DNA of 64,000 nucleotides from assembly GCA_002269645.1 (NCBI GenBank), contig NIVC01001259.1:62001-126000 (forward strand), read 5' to 3'. Positions 47,097 to 59,178 of the stretch are shown piece by piece. The notes under the pieces were generated by a model. It saw nothing but the letters and a program-made list of their open reading frames with translations, made no database searches and was not told where the DNA came from. The first letter of the stretch is position 1. Each line of letters begins with the position of its first letter. The DNA is from Macrostomum lignano. Taxonomy: Eukaryota. A program made the position numbers and the translations under genes.

Positions 47097-47365
47097 AATA
47101 ATAATAATCATTAATTACACTTGTCCCAATTGGGCCAGATGTGCAACTGACAGTTCAGCCACAGCTCTTTGCATGGCCCACCTGAAGGCTGCATACGGCT
47201 GTTCAGTCCAAGTACTGGGGGGTCGCCACATGCACCCTGAACTATCCCAGCTAATGCTGGCACCCATTTTACAGCTGAGTGAACTGAAGCAATGCAGAGT
47301 AAACTGTCTTGCTCTAGGACACTAATTGTTCCAATGGGATCGGGAATCGAACCCGCGACCTTCAA
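47097..47365 (-). mobile_element. tRNA-derived SINE with CORE-like central domain, 5' end eroded
   Basis: Minus strand: B box GGTTCGATTCC (47353-47343), then GTGTCCTAGAGCAAGACAGTTTACTCTGCATTGCTTCAGTTCACTCAGCTGTAAAATGGG (resembles the CORE-SINE domain as recalled), and an (ATT)n tail. Confidence 0.7.
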
Positions 47366-47447
47366 GTCGTCATGATGTTTGAAGATTATCAGTTCGAATA
47401 CATCTTAGTTACCCTGTATATGTATATCTCACCCAGGTCTCAACTCT

Positions 47448-47471
47448 CTAACTGCCCTGTTGGCATTCCAG
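47448..47471 (+). promoter_or_regulatory. 3' splice acceptor 9 nt upstream of the ACADS ATG (cis 5'UTR intron or trans-splice site)
   Basis: Branch-like CTAAC at 47448-47452, then pyrimidine-rich sequence and TTCCAG ending at 47471. Confidence 0.6.
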
Positions 47472-47480
47472 CTAGCAACA

Positions 47481-47983
47481 ATGCTCACCCGCGCCTGTTG
47501 GCGGCTGGCTTGTCGCAGCTTCTCTGCTTCATCAGCTAGTGCGGCGTTCGCCGAGCTGCCCGAGACGCACCGGATGCTGCAGCGGACCTGTCGCGATTTT
47601 GTCGACGCCGAGGTGGCCCCGGTGGCAGCGGCGATTGACAGGGAGCACCGGTACCCGGCCGAGCTGGTGAAGCGGCTCGGCGAGCTCGGCCTCATGTGCG
47701 TCGACGTGCCAGAATCCGAGGGCGGCACCGGCCTGGATTACCTGGCCTACGCGGTCGCCATGGAGGAGGTGTCCCGCGGCTGCGCCACCCTTGGCGTAGT
47801 CATGAGCGTCAACAATTCGCTGTACTCGGGCCCGGTGGCCAGGTGGGGCACCGACAAGCAGAAGGCGGATTACCTGCGCCCGTATCTGGACGGCAGCAAA
47901 GTTGGCTGCTTCGCCTTGAGCGAACCCGGAAACGGGTCTGACGCTGGGGCCGCCAGCACCACGGCCAAGCGACAGGGCGACTG
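47481..47983 (+). CDS. ACADS: ACADS exon 1
   Basis: acaATG ... GAC TG|GTGGGT. Confidence 0.93.
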
Positions 47984-50813
47984 GTGGGTTTGGGGGTTGG
48001 TTGTGGTTGTACGGAAATAAAACCCACTCTCAACCGGAAATAAGTACCCACTCTTAACCGGAAGTAAATACCCACTCTCAACCGGAAGTAAACACCCACT
48101 CTCACCCAGAAATAAACACCCACCCTCAACCGGAAATAAATACCCACTCTCACCCAGAAATAAACACCCACCCTCAACCGGAAATAAACACCCACTCTCA
48201 ACCGGAAGTAAACACCCACTCTCACCCAGAAATAAACACCCACCCTCAACCGGAAATAAATACCCACTCTCACCCAGAAATAAACACCCACTCTCAACTG
48301 AAAGTAAACACCCACTCTCAGCCGGAAGTAAACAACCACTCTCAGCGGGAAGTAAACACCCACTCTCAGCCGGAAATAAAGTACAATATATAACAGTTGC
48401 ATTGGACTAAAGCAACAATATGTGCTTCAACCCATCATCATCATCCCGATTCCCATTCAGCTACGTGCTCAGCGGCGCCAAAGCCTGGATAACAAACGCC
48501 GCTGAGGCCGGCGCCTGTGTGCTGTTCGCCACCACCGACCGAGCCCAGCGGCACCGCGGCATCAGCGCTTTCTTGCTGCCAATGAACGCCAAAGGCGTCA
48601 GCCTGGGCACCCCGGAGAGCAAGCTGGGCATTCGCGGCTCCTCCACCTGCACCATTCACTTGGACGAGGTGGCCCTGCCGGCTAGCGACTGCATGCTTGG
48701 CGAGCCCGGGCAGGGATTCAAGATCGCCATGGCAACGCTGGACGCTGGCCGGATTGGCATCGCTGCTCAGGCTCTCGGGATTGGCCAGGTGCGACATTCC
48801 ACACTGTCTGTGCCCTGTCTCTTACCGTCTCTCCCTGCCCCTCTCCCCGCCTCTCCCTCGCCTCTCCTGCCTCCCCGTCTCTCCCCCACCTTGCCTCCGC
48901 CTCTCTCTCGCCTCCCCGCTGGCCTCCCCCGCCTCTCCCGGCCTCGCCCGCCTCTCCCCGGCCTCCCTCAGTCTCCGCCTCCCCGCCTCTCCCCGCCTCC
49001 ACCTCTACCCCGCCTCTCGCCTCCTCCATCTCTCACCGCCTCCACCTCTACCCCGCCTCTCGCCTCCTCCATCTCTCACCGCCTCCCCCTTCTCTCCCCG
49101 CCTCTCCTCTCTTCTCCCATCCCTCCAGCTTCTCTCCCCGCCTCTGCTCTCTTCTCCCATCCCTCCAGCTTCTCTCCCCGCCTCTCCTCTCTTCTCCCAT
49201 CCCTCCAGCTTCTCTCCCCGCCTCTACTCTCTTCTCCCATCCTTCCAGCTTCTCTCCCCGCCTCTACTCTCTTCTCCCATCCCTCCAGCTTCTCTCCCCG
49301 CCTCTCCTCTCTTCTCCCATCCCTCCAGCTTCTCTCCCCGCCTCTCCTCTCTTCTCCCATCCCTCCAGCTTCTCTCCCCGCCTCTACTCTCTTCTCCCAT
49401 CCCTCCAGCTTCTCTCCCCGCCTCTACTCTCTTCTCCCATCCTTCCAGCTTCTCTTCCCGCCTCTACTCTCTTCTCCCATCCTTCCAGCTTCTCTTCCCG
49501 CCTCTACTCTCTTTCCCATCCCTCCAGCTTCTCTCCCCCGCCTCTACTCTCTTTCCCATCCCTCCAGCTTCTCTCCCCCGCCTCTACTCGCCTCTCCCCG
49601 CCTCCGTCTCCACCGCCATCTCTCCATCTCTCCCCGCCTCACTCCTCTCCCAAATTTCCCAAATTTGCTGATTCCTAGAATGCAAAGGTAATTTTAACTG
49701 CTGTTTCACTCAGGCAGCATTAGAATGCGCCACCAGCTACGCCCGCCAGCGCCAGGCATTTGGCGCCCCAATCGCGCGCCTACAAGCTGTGCAATTCAAG
49801 CTGGCCGACATGCACACTCGGCTGCACTCGGCCCGTCTGCTCACCTGGCACGCGGCCGGATTAAAAGACAGCGGCCGGGCGTTCACTAAAGAGGCCGCCA
49901 TGGCCAAACTGACCGCCTCGGAGGCGGCCACCTTCTGCGCGCATCAGGCTATCCAGGTTGGTGAAACCCACCGTTTGCAATCTGGTTTGCGCTTTGCTAA
50001 ATGTGTTGTTAAGTAAACCAGACGGTTCAACCATCTAGATTTTTACATAGTCTAGTCTCTCCGATCACTTTTCCTCATTCCTTGACCCACTAGTCATCCT
50101 GACCCTGATCCACTTAGTCATCCCTGACCGAATTTTAGTCATCCCTGACCGAATTTTAGTCATCCCTGACCGAGTTTTAGTCATCCCTGACCGAGTTTTA
50201 GTCATCCCTGACCGAGTTTTAGTCATCCCTGACCGAATTTTAGTCATCCCTGACACACCCACTTTACTTATCCCTGTCCCCGACCCACTGTTTTTCATCC
50301 CTGATCCAGACCCACTTTAGTTATCCCTGATTCTGACCAACGGTTAGCCATCCCTTACACTGACCCACTGAGTCATCCTTGATCCTGACCCACTTTTAGT
50401 CATCCCTGACCCACTCTAGTCAACTCTGACACACTCTAGTCAACCCTGACACACTAGTCAACCCTGACCCACACTAGTCAACCCTGACTCACTCTAGTCA
50501 ACCCTGACCCACTCTAGTCAACCCTGACCCACTCTAGTCGTCCATGGCCCTGACCCACTTTAGTAATCACTGACTCACATCTCTGATAGTATGCCATACT
50601 GACTCCTGTCAGTAAGGGGCATAAAATGCCAATTATTCAAGCTAAGCAGCAATCCCGCATGCAACCTGGCAGGTGCTTGGCGGTATGGGCTACGTGACGG
50701 AGATGCCGGCTGAGCGGCACTACAGAGACGCCCGCATCACGGAAATCTACGAAGGCACCAGCGAAATCCAACGGCTGGTCATTGCTAATGAGCTGCTTAA
50801 GCAGCAGGCTTAG
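47481..50813 (+). CDS. ACADS: Short-chain specific acyl-CoA dehydrogenase, mitochondrial (404 aa, 4 exons)
   Basis: Exons 47481-47983, 48461-48788, 49714-49956, 50673-50813 give 1215 nt with consistent phases. Motifs: [90 protein letters not shown] (catalytic Glu in YEG). N-terminus is Arg/Ser/Ala-rich, like a mitochondrial presequence. Confidence 0.95.
48012..48381. repeat. Minisatellite, CCGGAAATAAACACCCACTCTCA-type unit (ACADS intron 1)
   Basis: Tandem copies. Confidence 0.92.
48461..48788 (+). CDS. ACADS: ACADS exon 2
   Basis: cccattcag|C TAC GTG ... GGC CAG|GTGCGA. Confidence 0.93.
48815..49650. repeat. Pyrimidine-rich tract with a ~40-bp unit CTTCTCCCATCCCTCCAGCTTCTCTCCCCGCCTCTACTCT (ACADS intron 2)
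   Basis: Tandem copies flanked by C-rich low-complexity sequence. Confidence 0.92.
49714..49956 (+). CDS. ACADS: ACADS exon 3
   Basis: tttcactcag|GCA GCA TTA GAA ... ATC CAG|GTTGGT. Confidence 0.93.
50090..50575. repeat. Minisatellite, TAGTCATCCCTGACC-based units (ACADS intron 3)
   Basis: Tandem copies, diverging toward the 3' side. Confidence 0.88.
50673..50813 (+). CDS. ACADS: ACADS exon 4
   Basis: ctggcag|GTG CTT GGC GGT ATG ... GCT TAG. Confidence 0.93.
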   Translation: MLGGMGYVTEMPAERHYRDARITEIYEGTSEIQRLVIANELLKQQA

Positions 50814-51164
50814 TAGATTCTATTTGCGATTTACTGTTTCATTAGAATATCAATGGGAGAAAATTGTAGTTATGATAAAAATCAATTGTTTTAATTGACA
50901 AAAATATTTTCCACAATGTCCTAATTTGGTTTCTGCTTTAAATTTTTGAGATAATTTGTTTGAATACGGTTTTAATTGCTTAATAGTTGTTTGTTTAAAA
51001 TGATTTTTACGAGCAAGAAATATAAATTTCATCGTTTGATTTTTATCTGGTAGTTAGTAATTTGGCTTTATCTTGCAAGGCTTGCAAAATTTCTTTTATT
51101 CAGCTGCATGTGCTTATATTTTTTAACTCTAAGTGTATATATATAATATATAGATCCCCAGGCT

Positions 51165-54100
51165 GGACTAATGCCTCCTTCCCATCCTATGCCTCCCTCC
51201 CATCCTATGCTACCCTCTCAGATCCTATGCCACCCTCCCATCCTATGCCTCCTTCCCATCCTATGCCTCCTTCCCATCCTATGCCTCCTTCCCATCCTAT
51301 GCCGCCCTCCCATCCTATGCTACCCTCTCAGATCCTATGCCACCCTCCCATCCTATGCCACCTTCCCATCCTATGCCTCCTTCCCATCCTATGCCGCCCT
51401 CCCATCCTATGCTACCCTCTCAGATCCTATGCCACCCTCCCATCCTATGCCACCTTCCCATCCTATGCCGCCTTCCCATCCTATGCCTCCTTCCCATCCT
51501 ATGCCACCTTCCCATCCTATGCCTCCTTCCCATCCTATGCCGCCCTCCCATCCTATGCTACCCTCTCAGATCCTATGCCACCCTCCCATCCTATGCCACC
51601 TTCCCATCCTATGCCGCCTTCCCATCCTATGCCTCCTTCCCATCCTATGCCGCCTTCCCATCCTATGCCTCCTTCCCATCCTATGCCACCTTCCCATCCT
51701 ATGCCACCTTCCCATCCTATGCCACCTTCCCATCCTATGCCTCCTTCCCATCCTATGCCTCCTTCCCATCCTATGCCGCCCTCCCATCCTATGCCTCCTT
51801 CCCATCCTATGCCACCTTCCCATCCTATGCCACCTTCCCATCCTATGCCACCCTCCCATCCTATGCCACCTTCCCATCCTATGCCACCTTCCCATCCTAT
51901 GCCTCCTTCCCATCCTATGCCACCTTCCCATCCTATGCCACCTTCCCATCCTATGCCTCCTTCCCATCCTATGCCGCCTTCCCATCCTATGCCTCCTTCC
52001 CATCCTATGCCACCTTCCCATCCTATGCCTCCTTTCCATCCTATGCCGCCCTCCCATCCTATGCTACCCTCTCAGATCCTATGCCACCCTCCCATCCTAT
52101 GCCACCTTCCCATCCTATGCCGCCTTCCCATCCTATGCCTCCTTCCCATCCTATGCCTCCTTCCCATCCTATGCCTCCTTCCCATCCTATGCCACCTTCC
52201 CATCCTATGCCACCTTCCCATCCTATGCCACCTTCCCATCCTATGCCTCCTTCCCATCCTATGCCTCCTTCCCATCCTATGCCGCCCTCCCATCCTATGC
52301 CTCCTTCCCATCCTATGCCGCCCTCCCATCCTATGCTACCCTCTCAGATCCTATGCCACCCTCCCATCCTATGCCACCTTCCCATCCTATGCCGCCTTCC
52401 CATCCTATGCCTCCTTCCCATCCTATGCCGCCTTCCCATCCTATGCCTCCTTCCCATCCTATGCCTCCTTCCCATCCTATGCCGCCCTCCCATCCTATGC
52501 CTCCTTCCCATCCTATGCCGCCCTCCCATCCTATGCTACCCTCTCAGATCCTATGCCACCCTCCCATCCTATGCCACCTTCCCATCCTATGCCGCCTTCC
52601 CATCCTATGCCTCCTTCCCATCCTATGCCGCCTTCCCATCCTATGCCTCCTTCCCATCCTATGCCACCTTCCCATCCTATGCCACCTTCCCATCCTATGC
52701 CACCTTCCCATCCTATGCCTCCTTCCCATCCTATGCCTCCTTCCCATCCTATGCCGCCCTCCCATCCTATGCCTCCTTCCCATCCTATGCCACCTTCCCA
52801 TCCTATGCCACCTTCCCATCCTATGCCACCCTCCCATCCTATGCCACCTTCCCATCCTATGCCACCTTCCCATCCTATGCCTCCTTCCCATCCTATGCCA
52901 CCTTCCCATCCTATGCCACCTTCCCATCCTATGCCTCCTTCCCATCCTATGCCGCCTTCCCATCCTATGCCTCCTTCCCATCCTATGCCACCTTCCCATC
53001 CTATGCCTCCTTCCCATCCTATGCCGCCCTCCCATCCTATGCTACCCTCTCAGATCCTATGCCACCCTCCCATCCTATGCCACCTTCCCATCCTATGCCG
53101 CCTTCCCATCCTATGCCTCCTTCCCATCCTATGCCGCCTTCCCATCCTATGCCACCTTCCCATCCTATGCCACCTTCCCATCCTATGCCACCTTCCCATC
53201 CTATGCCACCTTCCCATCCTATGCCTCCTTCCCATCCTATGCCTCCTTCCCATCCTATGCCGCCCTCCCATCCTATGCCTCCTTCCCATCCTATGCCACC
53301 TTCCCATCCTATGCCACCTTCCCATCCTATGCCACCCTCCCATCCTATGCCACCTTCCCATCCTATGCCACCTTCCCATCCTATGCCTCCTTCCCATCCT
53401 ATGCCACCTTCCCATCCTATGCCACCTTCCCATCCTATGCCTCCTTCCCATCCTATGCCTCCTTCCCATCCTATGCCACCTTCCCATCCTATGCCTCCTT
53501 CCCATCCTATGCCACCTTCCCATCCTATGCCGCCCTCCCATCCTATGCCACCCTCCCAAATTCTATGCCGCCCTCCCATCCTATGCCACCCTCCCAAATT
53601 CTATGCCACCCTCCCATCCTATGCCACCCTCCCATCCTATGCCACCCTCTCAGATCCTATGCCACCCTCCCATCCTATGCCACCCTCCCATCCTATGCCA
53701 CCCTCCCATCCTATGCCACCCTCTCAGATCCTATGCCAACCTCTCAGATCCTATGCCAACCTCTCAGATCCTATGCCACCCTCCCATCCTATGCCACCCT
53801 CCCATCCTATGCCGCCCTCCCATCCTATGCCACCCTCCCAAATTCTATGCCACTCTCCCATCCTATGCCACCCTCTCAGATCCTATGCCACCCTCCCAAA
53901 TTCTATGCCACCCTCCCATCCTATGCCAACCCTCTCAGATCCTATGCCACCCTTTCAGATCCTATGCCACCCTCCCATCCTATGCCAACCCTCTCAGATC
54001 CTATGCCACCCTCTCAGATCCAATGCCACCCTCTCAGATCCTATGCCATCCTCTCAGATCCTATGCCATCCTCTCAGATCCTATGCCACCCTCTCAGATC

Positions 54101-57100
54101 CATGCAAATCCTACCAGATCCTATGCCAACCCTCTGAGATCCTATGCCACCCTCCCATCCTATGCCAACCCTCTCAGATCCTATGCCACCCTCTCAGATC
54201 CTATGCCAACCCTACCAGATCCTATGGCACCCTCTCAGATCCTCTGCCACCCTCCCATCCTATGCCAACCCTCTCAGATCCTATGCCACCCTCTCAGATC
54301 CTATGCCACCCTCTCAGATCCTACGCCACCCTCTCAGATCCTATGCCACCCTCTCAGATCCTATGCCACCCTCTCAGATCCTATGCCACCGTCCCAGATC
54401 CTATGCCAACCCTACCAGATCCATGCAAATCCTACCAGATCCTATGCCAACCCTCTCAGATCCTATGCCACCCTCTCATCCTATGCCACCCTCTCAGATC
54501 CTATGCCACCCTCTCAGATCCTATGCCACCGTCCCAGATCCTATGCCACCGTCCCAGATCCTATGCCAACCTCCCAGATCCTCTGCCAACCCTCCCGTCC
54601 CAGATCCTATGCCAACCTCCCAGATCCTCTGCCAACCCTCCCATCCCAGATCCTATGCCAACCTCCCAGATCCTCTGCCAACCCTCCCGTCCCAGATCCT
54701 ATGCCACTCTCTCAGATCCTACGCCACCCTCTCAGATCCTATGCCACCGTCCCAGATCCTATGCCACCGTCCCAGATCCTATGCCACCGTCCCAGATCCT
54801 ATGCCACCGTCCCAGATCCTATGCCACCGCCCCAGATCCTATGCCACCGTCCCAGATCCTATGCCAACCTCCCGGATCCTCTGCCAACCCTCCCGTCCCA
54901 GATCCTATGCCACTCTCTCAGATCCTACGCCACCCTCTCAGATCCTATGCCACCCTCTCAGATCCTATGGCACCCTCTCAGATCCTATGCCACCCTCCCA
55001 TCCTATGCCAACCCTCTCAGGTCCTATGCCACCCTCTCAGATCCTATGCCACCGTCCCAGATCCTATGCCACCGTCCCAGATCCTATGCCTCCTTCCCAT
55101 CCTATGCCACCTTCCCATCCTATGCCACCTTCCCATCCTATGCCACCTTCCCATCCTATGCCTCCTTCCCATCCTATGCCTCCTTCCCATCCTATGCCGC
55201 CCTCCCATCCTATGCCTCCTTCCCATCCTATGCCACCTTCCCATCCTATGCCACCTTCCCATCCTATGCCACCCTCCCATCCTATGCCACCTTCCCATCC
55301 TATGCCACCTTCCCATCCTATGCCTCCTTCCCATCCTATGCCACCTTCCCATCCTATGCCACCTTCCCATCCTATGCCTCCTTCCCATCCTATGCCTCCT
55401 TCCCATCCTATGCCACCTTCCCATCCTATGCCTCCTTCCCATCCTATGCCACCTTCCCATCCTATGCCGCCCTCCCATCCTATGCCACCCTCCCAAATTC
55501 TATGCCGCCTTCCCATCCTATGCCACCCTCCCAAATTCTATGCCACCCTCCCATCCTATGCCACCCTCCCATCCTATGCCACCCTCTCAGATCCTATGCC
55601 ACCCTCCCATCCTATGCCACCCTCCCATCCTATGCCACCCTCCCATCCTATGCCACCCTCTCAGATCCTATGCCAACCTCTCAGATCCTATGCCAACCTC
55701 TCAGATCCTATGCCACCCTCCCATCCTATGCCACCCTCCCATCCTATGCCGCCCTCCCATCCTATGCCACCCTCCCAAATTCTATGCCACTCTCCCATCC
55801 TATGCCACCCTCTCAGATCCTATGCCACCCTCCCAAATTCTATGCCACCCTCCCATCCTATGCCAACCCTCTCAGATCCTATGCCACCCTTTCAGATCCT
55901 ATGCCACCCTCCCATCCTATGCCAACCCTCTCAGATCCTATGCCACCCTCTCAGATCCAATGCCACCCTCTCAGATCCTATGCCATCCTCTCAGATCCTA
56001 TGCCATCCTCTCAGATCCTATGCCACCCTCTCAGATCCATGCAAATCCTACCAGATCCTATGCCAACCCTCTGAGATCCTATGCCACCCTCCCATCCTAT
56101 GCCAACCCTCTCAGATCCTATGCCACCCTCTCAGATCCTATGCCAACCCTACCAGATCCTATGGCACCCTCTCAGATCCTCTGCCACCCTCCCATCCTAT
56201 GCCAACCCTCTCAGATCCTATGCCACCCTCTCAGATCCTATGCCACCCTCTCAGATCCTACGCCACCCTCTCAGATCCTATGCCACCCTCTCAGATCCTA
56301 TGCCACCCTCTCAGATCCTATGCCACCGTCCCAGATCCTATGCCAACCCTACCAGATCCATGCAAATCCTACCAGATCCTATGCCAACCCTCTCAGATCC
56401 TATGCCACCCTCCCATCCTATGCCACCCTCTCAGATCCTATGCCACCCTCTCAGATCCTATGCCACCGTCCCAGATCCTATGCCACCGTCCCAGATCCTA
56501 TGCCAACCTCCCAGATCCTCTGCCAACCCTCCCGTCCCAGATCCTATGCCAACCTCCCAGATCCTCTGCCAACCCTCCCATCCCAGATCCTATGCCAACC
56601 TCCCAGATCCTCTGCCAACCCTCCCGTCCCAGATCCTATGCCACTCTCTCAGATCCTACGCCACCCTCTCAGATCCTATGCCACCGTCCCAGATCCTATG
56701 CCACCGTCCCAGATCCTATGCCACCGTCCCAGATCCTATGCCACCGTCCCAGATCCTATGCCACCGCCCCAGATCCTATGCCACCGTCCCAGATCCTATG
56801 CCAACCTCCCGGATCCTCTGCCAACCCTCCCGTCCCAGATCCTATGCCACTCTCTCAGATCCTACGCCACCCTCTCAGATCCTATGCCACCCTCTCAGAT
56901 CCTATGGCACCCTCTCAGATCCTATGCCACCCTCCCATCCTATGCCAACCCTCTCAGGTCCTATGCCACCCTCTCAGATCCTATGCCACCGTCCCAGATC
57001 CTATGCCACCGTCCCAGATCCTATGCCACCGTCCCAGATCCTATGCCACCGTCCCAGATCCTATGCCACCGTCCCAGATCCTATGCCACCGTCCCAGATC

Positions 57101-57582
57101 CTATGCCAACCTCCCGGATCCTCTGCCAACCCTCCCGTCCCAGATCCTATGCCACTCTCTCAGATCCTACGCCACCCTCTCAGATCCTATGCCACCCTCT
57201 CAGATCCTATGGCACCCTCTCAGATCCTATGCCACCCTCCCATCCTATGCCAACCCTCTCAGGTCCTATGCCACCCTCTCAGATCCTATGCCACCCTCTC
57301 AGATCCTATGGCACCCTCTCAGATCCTATGCCACCCTCTCAGATCCTATGCCACCCTCTCAGATCCTATGGCACCCTCTCAGATCCTATGCCACCGTCCC
57401 AGATCCTATGCCACCGTCCCAGATCCTATGCCACCGTCCCAGATCCTATGCCACCGTCCCAGATCCTTTGCCAACCTCCCAGATCCTATGCCACCGTCCC
57501 AGATCCTATGCCACCGTCCCAGATCCTATGCCAACCTCCCAGATCCTCTGCCAACCCTCCCAGATCGTATGCCACCCTCGTA
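51165..57582. repeat. 6.4-kb satellite: 18-bp CCCATCCTATGCCACCTT and 20-bp CTCTCAGATCCTATGCCACC units with higher-order structure
   Basis: Continuous tandem array between ACADS and POLR1C. Confidence 0.97.
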
Positions 57583-57669
57583 AACTTAAAGTTTCTATGC
57601 CGAATTCTCAGATTCCATTCAGTTGGCTACTCTCATGCCGCATCTACTACTACAGAGTAGTAAATACCA

Positions 57670-57703
57670 CCCTGCTTGTTCCGCAGCTCCGAACGCGGCC
57701 CAG
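57670..57703 (+). promoter_or_regulatory. 3' splice acceptor(s) immediately upstream of the POLR1C ATG
   Basis: cctgcttgttccgcag (AG ends at 57686) and cccag|ATG (AG ends at 57703). No upstream exon or donor is evident. Confidence 0.5.
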
Positions 57704-58657
57704 ATGACAGTCCGCTTAGAAGAAGCCGAGCTGGTTTTACCCTACGAGCTCGAGCGGCCCGACAAGCGCCGTTCCATTCGGCTCACCCGGCTTGATCAGG
57801 CCGAGGGCGTGCTGGAGTTCGACTTGGTGCACGCGGAGACCGCGCTAGCCAACGCCATCCGGCGCATCCTGCTTGCCGAGGTGCCCACAGTGGCCGTGGA
57901 GAAGGTGCTGCTGTATCAGAACACGTCCGTCATACCCGACGAAGTGCTCTGCCAGCGTCTCGGACTGGTGCCGTTGCGCGTCGATCCGCGCCTGTTTCGC
58001 GACTGCCCGGACTTGCGCCCGACTGAAGACGTCGAATCATTAGATCCGCGCTGCGTTCTCGTCTTCGATTTGGACGTCGAATGTCGGAAACGCGACGACG
58101 GCAGTCTGGAGCACGACAGGGTGTACTCTAGCGACTTCCGCTGGGTGCCGATCGGCGATCAGAAGTCGCTACTCGCCGGCGGCAGGTCCCGTGGCGGCCC
58201 GGCGCCAGTCCTGCCGAACATCCTGCTGGCCCGCCTGGGCCCCGGGGCGCGCATCCACGCCCGGATGCTGTGCGTGCGCGGCATCGGCCAGGATCACGCC
58301 AAGTTCATGCCGGTGGCCACAGCGTTCTACCGGCTATTGAGCGACATCCGTCTCGTGCGGGAGGTCGGCGGCGAGCTGGCCGAGAGGCTGCGGGCCTGCT
58401 TCCAGCCTGGCGTCATCAGCTTGACGGAGGCCGGTCTGGCCACGGTGGCGGATCCTCGTCGGGATGTCACCTGCAGCCGGGAGGCGCTGCGCGATCCGGA
58501 GTTGCGCGAATGCGTAGAACTGGGACTGGTCAGGGACCACTTCCTGTTCACCGTGGAGTCAACCGGCTGCCTGCCGCCGGAGGAACTGGTGCGCGAGTCT
58601 ATTAAAGTGCTCATGCTAAAGTGTCGCAAATTTCTGCGACTGCTTGGCCAGGAATGA
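57704..58657 (+). CDS. POLR1C: RNA polymerase I/III shared subunit AC40 (RPAC1), single exon, 317 aa
   Basis: Motifs LEFDL...ALANAIRRILLAEVPTVAVEKV..YQNTSVIPDEVLCQRLGLVPLRVDPRLF, CVRGIGQDHAKFMPVATAFYRLL and HFLFTVESTGCLPPEELV match the Rpb3/AC40 family; GIGQDHAKF favours AC40. AATAAA at 58702. Confidence 0.92.
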   Translation: MTVRLEEAELVLPYELERPDKRRSIRLTRLDQAEGVLEFDLVHAETALANAIRRILLAEVPTVAVEKVLLYQNTSVIPDEVLCQRLGLVPLRVDPRLFRDCPDLRPTEDVESLDPRCVLVFDLDVECRKRDDGSLEHDRVYSSDFRWVPIGDQKSLLAGGRSRGGPAPVLPNILLARLGPGARIHARMLCVRGIGQDHAKFMPVATAFYRLLSDIRLVREVGGELAERLRACFQPGVISLTEAGLATVADPRRDVTCSREALRDPELRECVELGLVRDHFLFTVESTGCLPPEELVRESIKVLMLKCRKFLRLLGQE

Positions 58658-58701
58658 GCAATTAGGCCCTCCACTGTACCCAAATAGACTGAAGGCAGTG
58701 A

Positions 58702-58707
58702 AATAAA
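58702..58707 (+). terminator. Polyadenylation signal of POLR1C
   Basis: AATAAA 44 nt after the stop; a second AATAAA near 58774. Confidence 0.55.
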
Positions 58708-59178
58708 AATTTGACATCTGCATTTTTACAATATCTTCGCCGATTTTTTCGTGCGTCGAATCTGATCTTCATAAATAAAATCTCTTGTAGTCTTGTTTAA
58801 TTATTAATATTTACTTAGTTTCCAGGTTAACTGCAGTCTAAATAGTTAAAAAGTGTACCTTCGTAGCATTCGAACTCGAAGCAAGGTAGGGACGTAGCCT
58901 AAACGCTTTTAATTCCCTTGATTCAGTGTTTCGGCTTGTGACGCTTATTAGCTTTGATACGGAGCACTTAGGTTTGAGTCATTGTTAAGCTTAAGCAAGC
59001 AAAAATGTGAGTATAGGTTCTTATAGAAGTTGACCAGCCTAAATTTCACTTTCGCGAGGTGTTGTCTTGGATTTTACTCATCTGGCGTCAGATGCTTTTG
59101 ACTCACTGGATCAAGTTAAAGTTACGGAAGTCTTTTCCTGCGCGTCTTTAGAGCCAATTTTATGGAATTCCAAATGCG

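Noticed and set aside
51062-57707. Giant ORFs (1670, 988, 2107 and 1187 aa) as real mucin- or extensin-like genes
   Set aside because: They are open in all three frames and swap peptide patterns at unit indels, as expected of a stop-free satellite. No signal peptide or unique domain.
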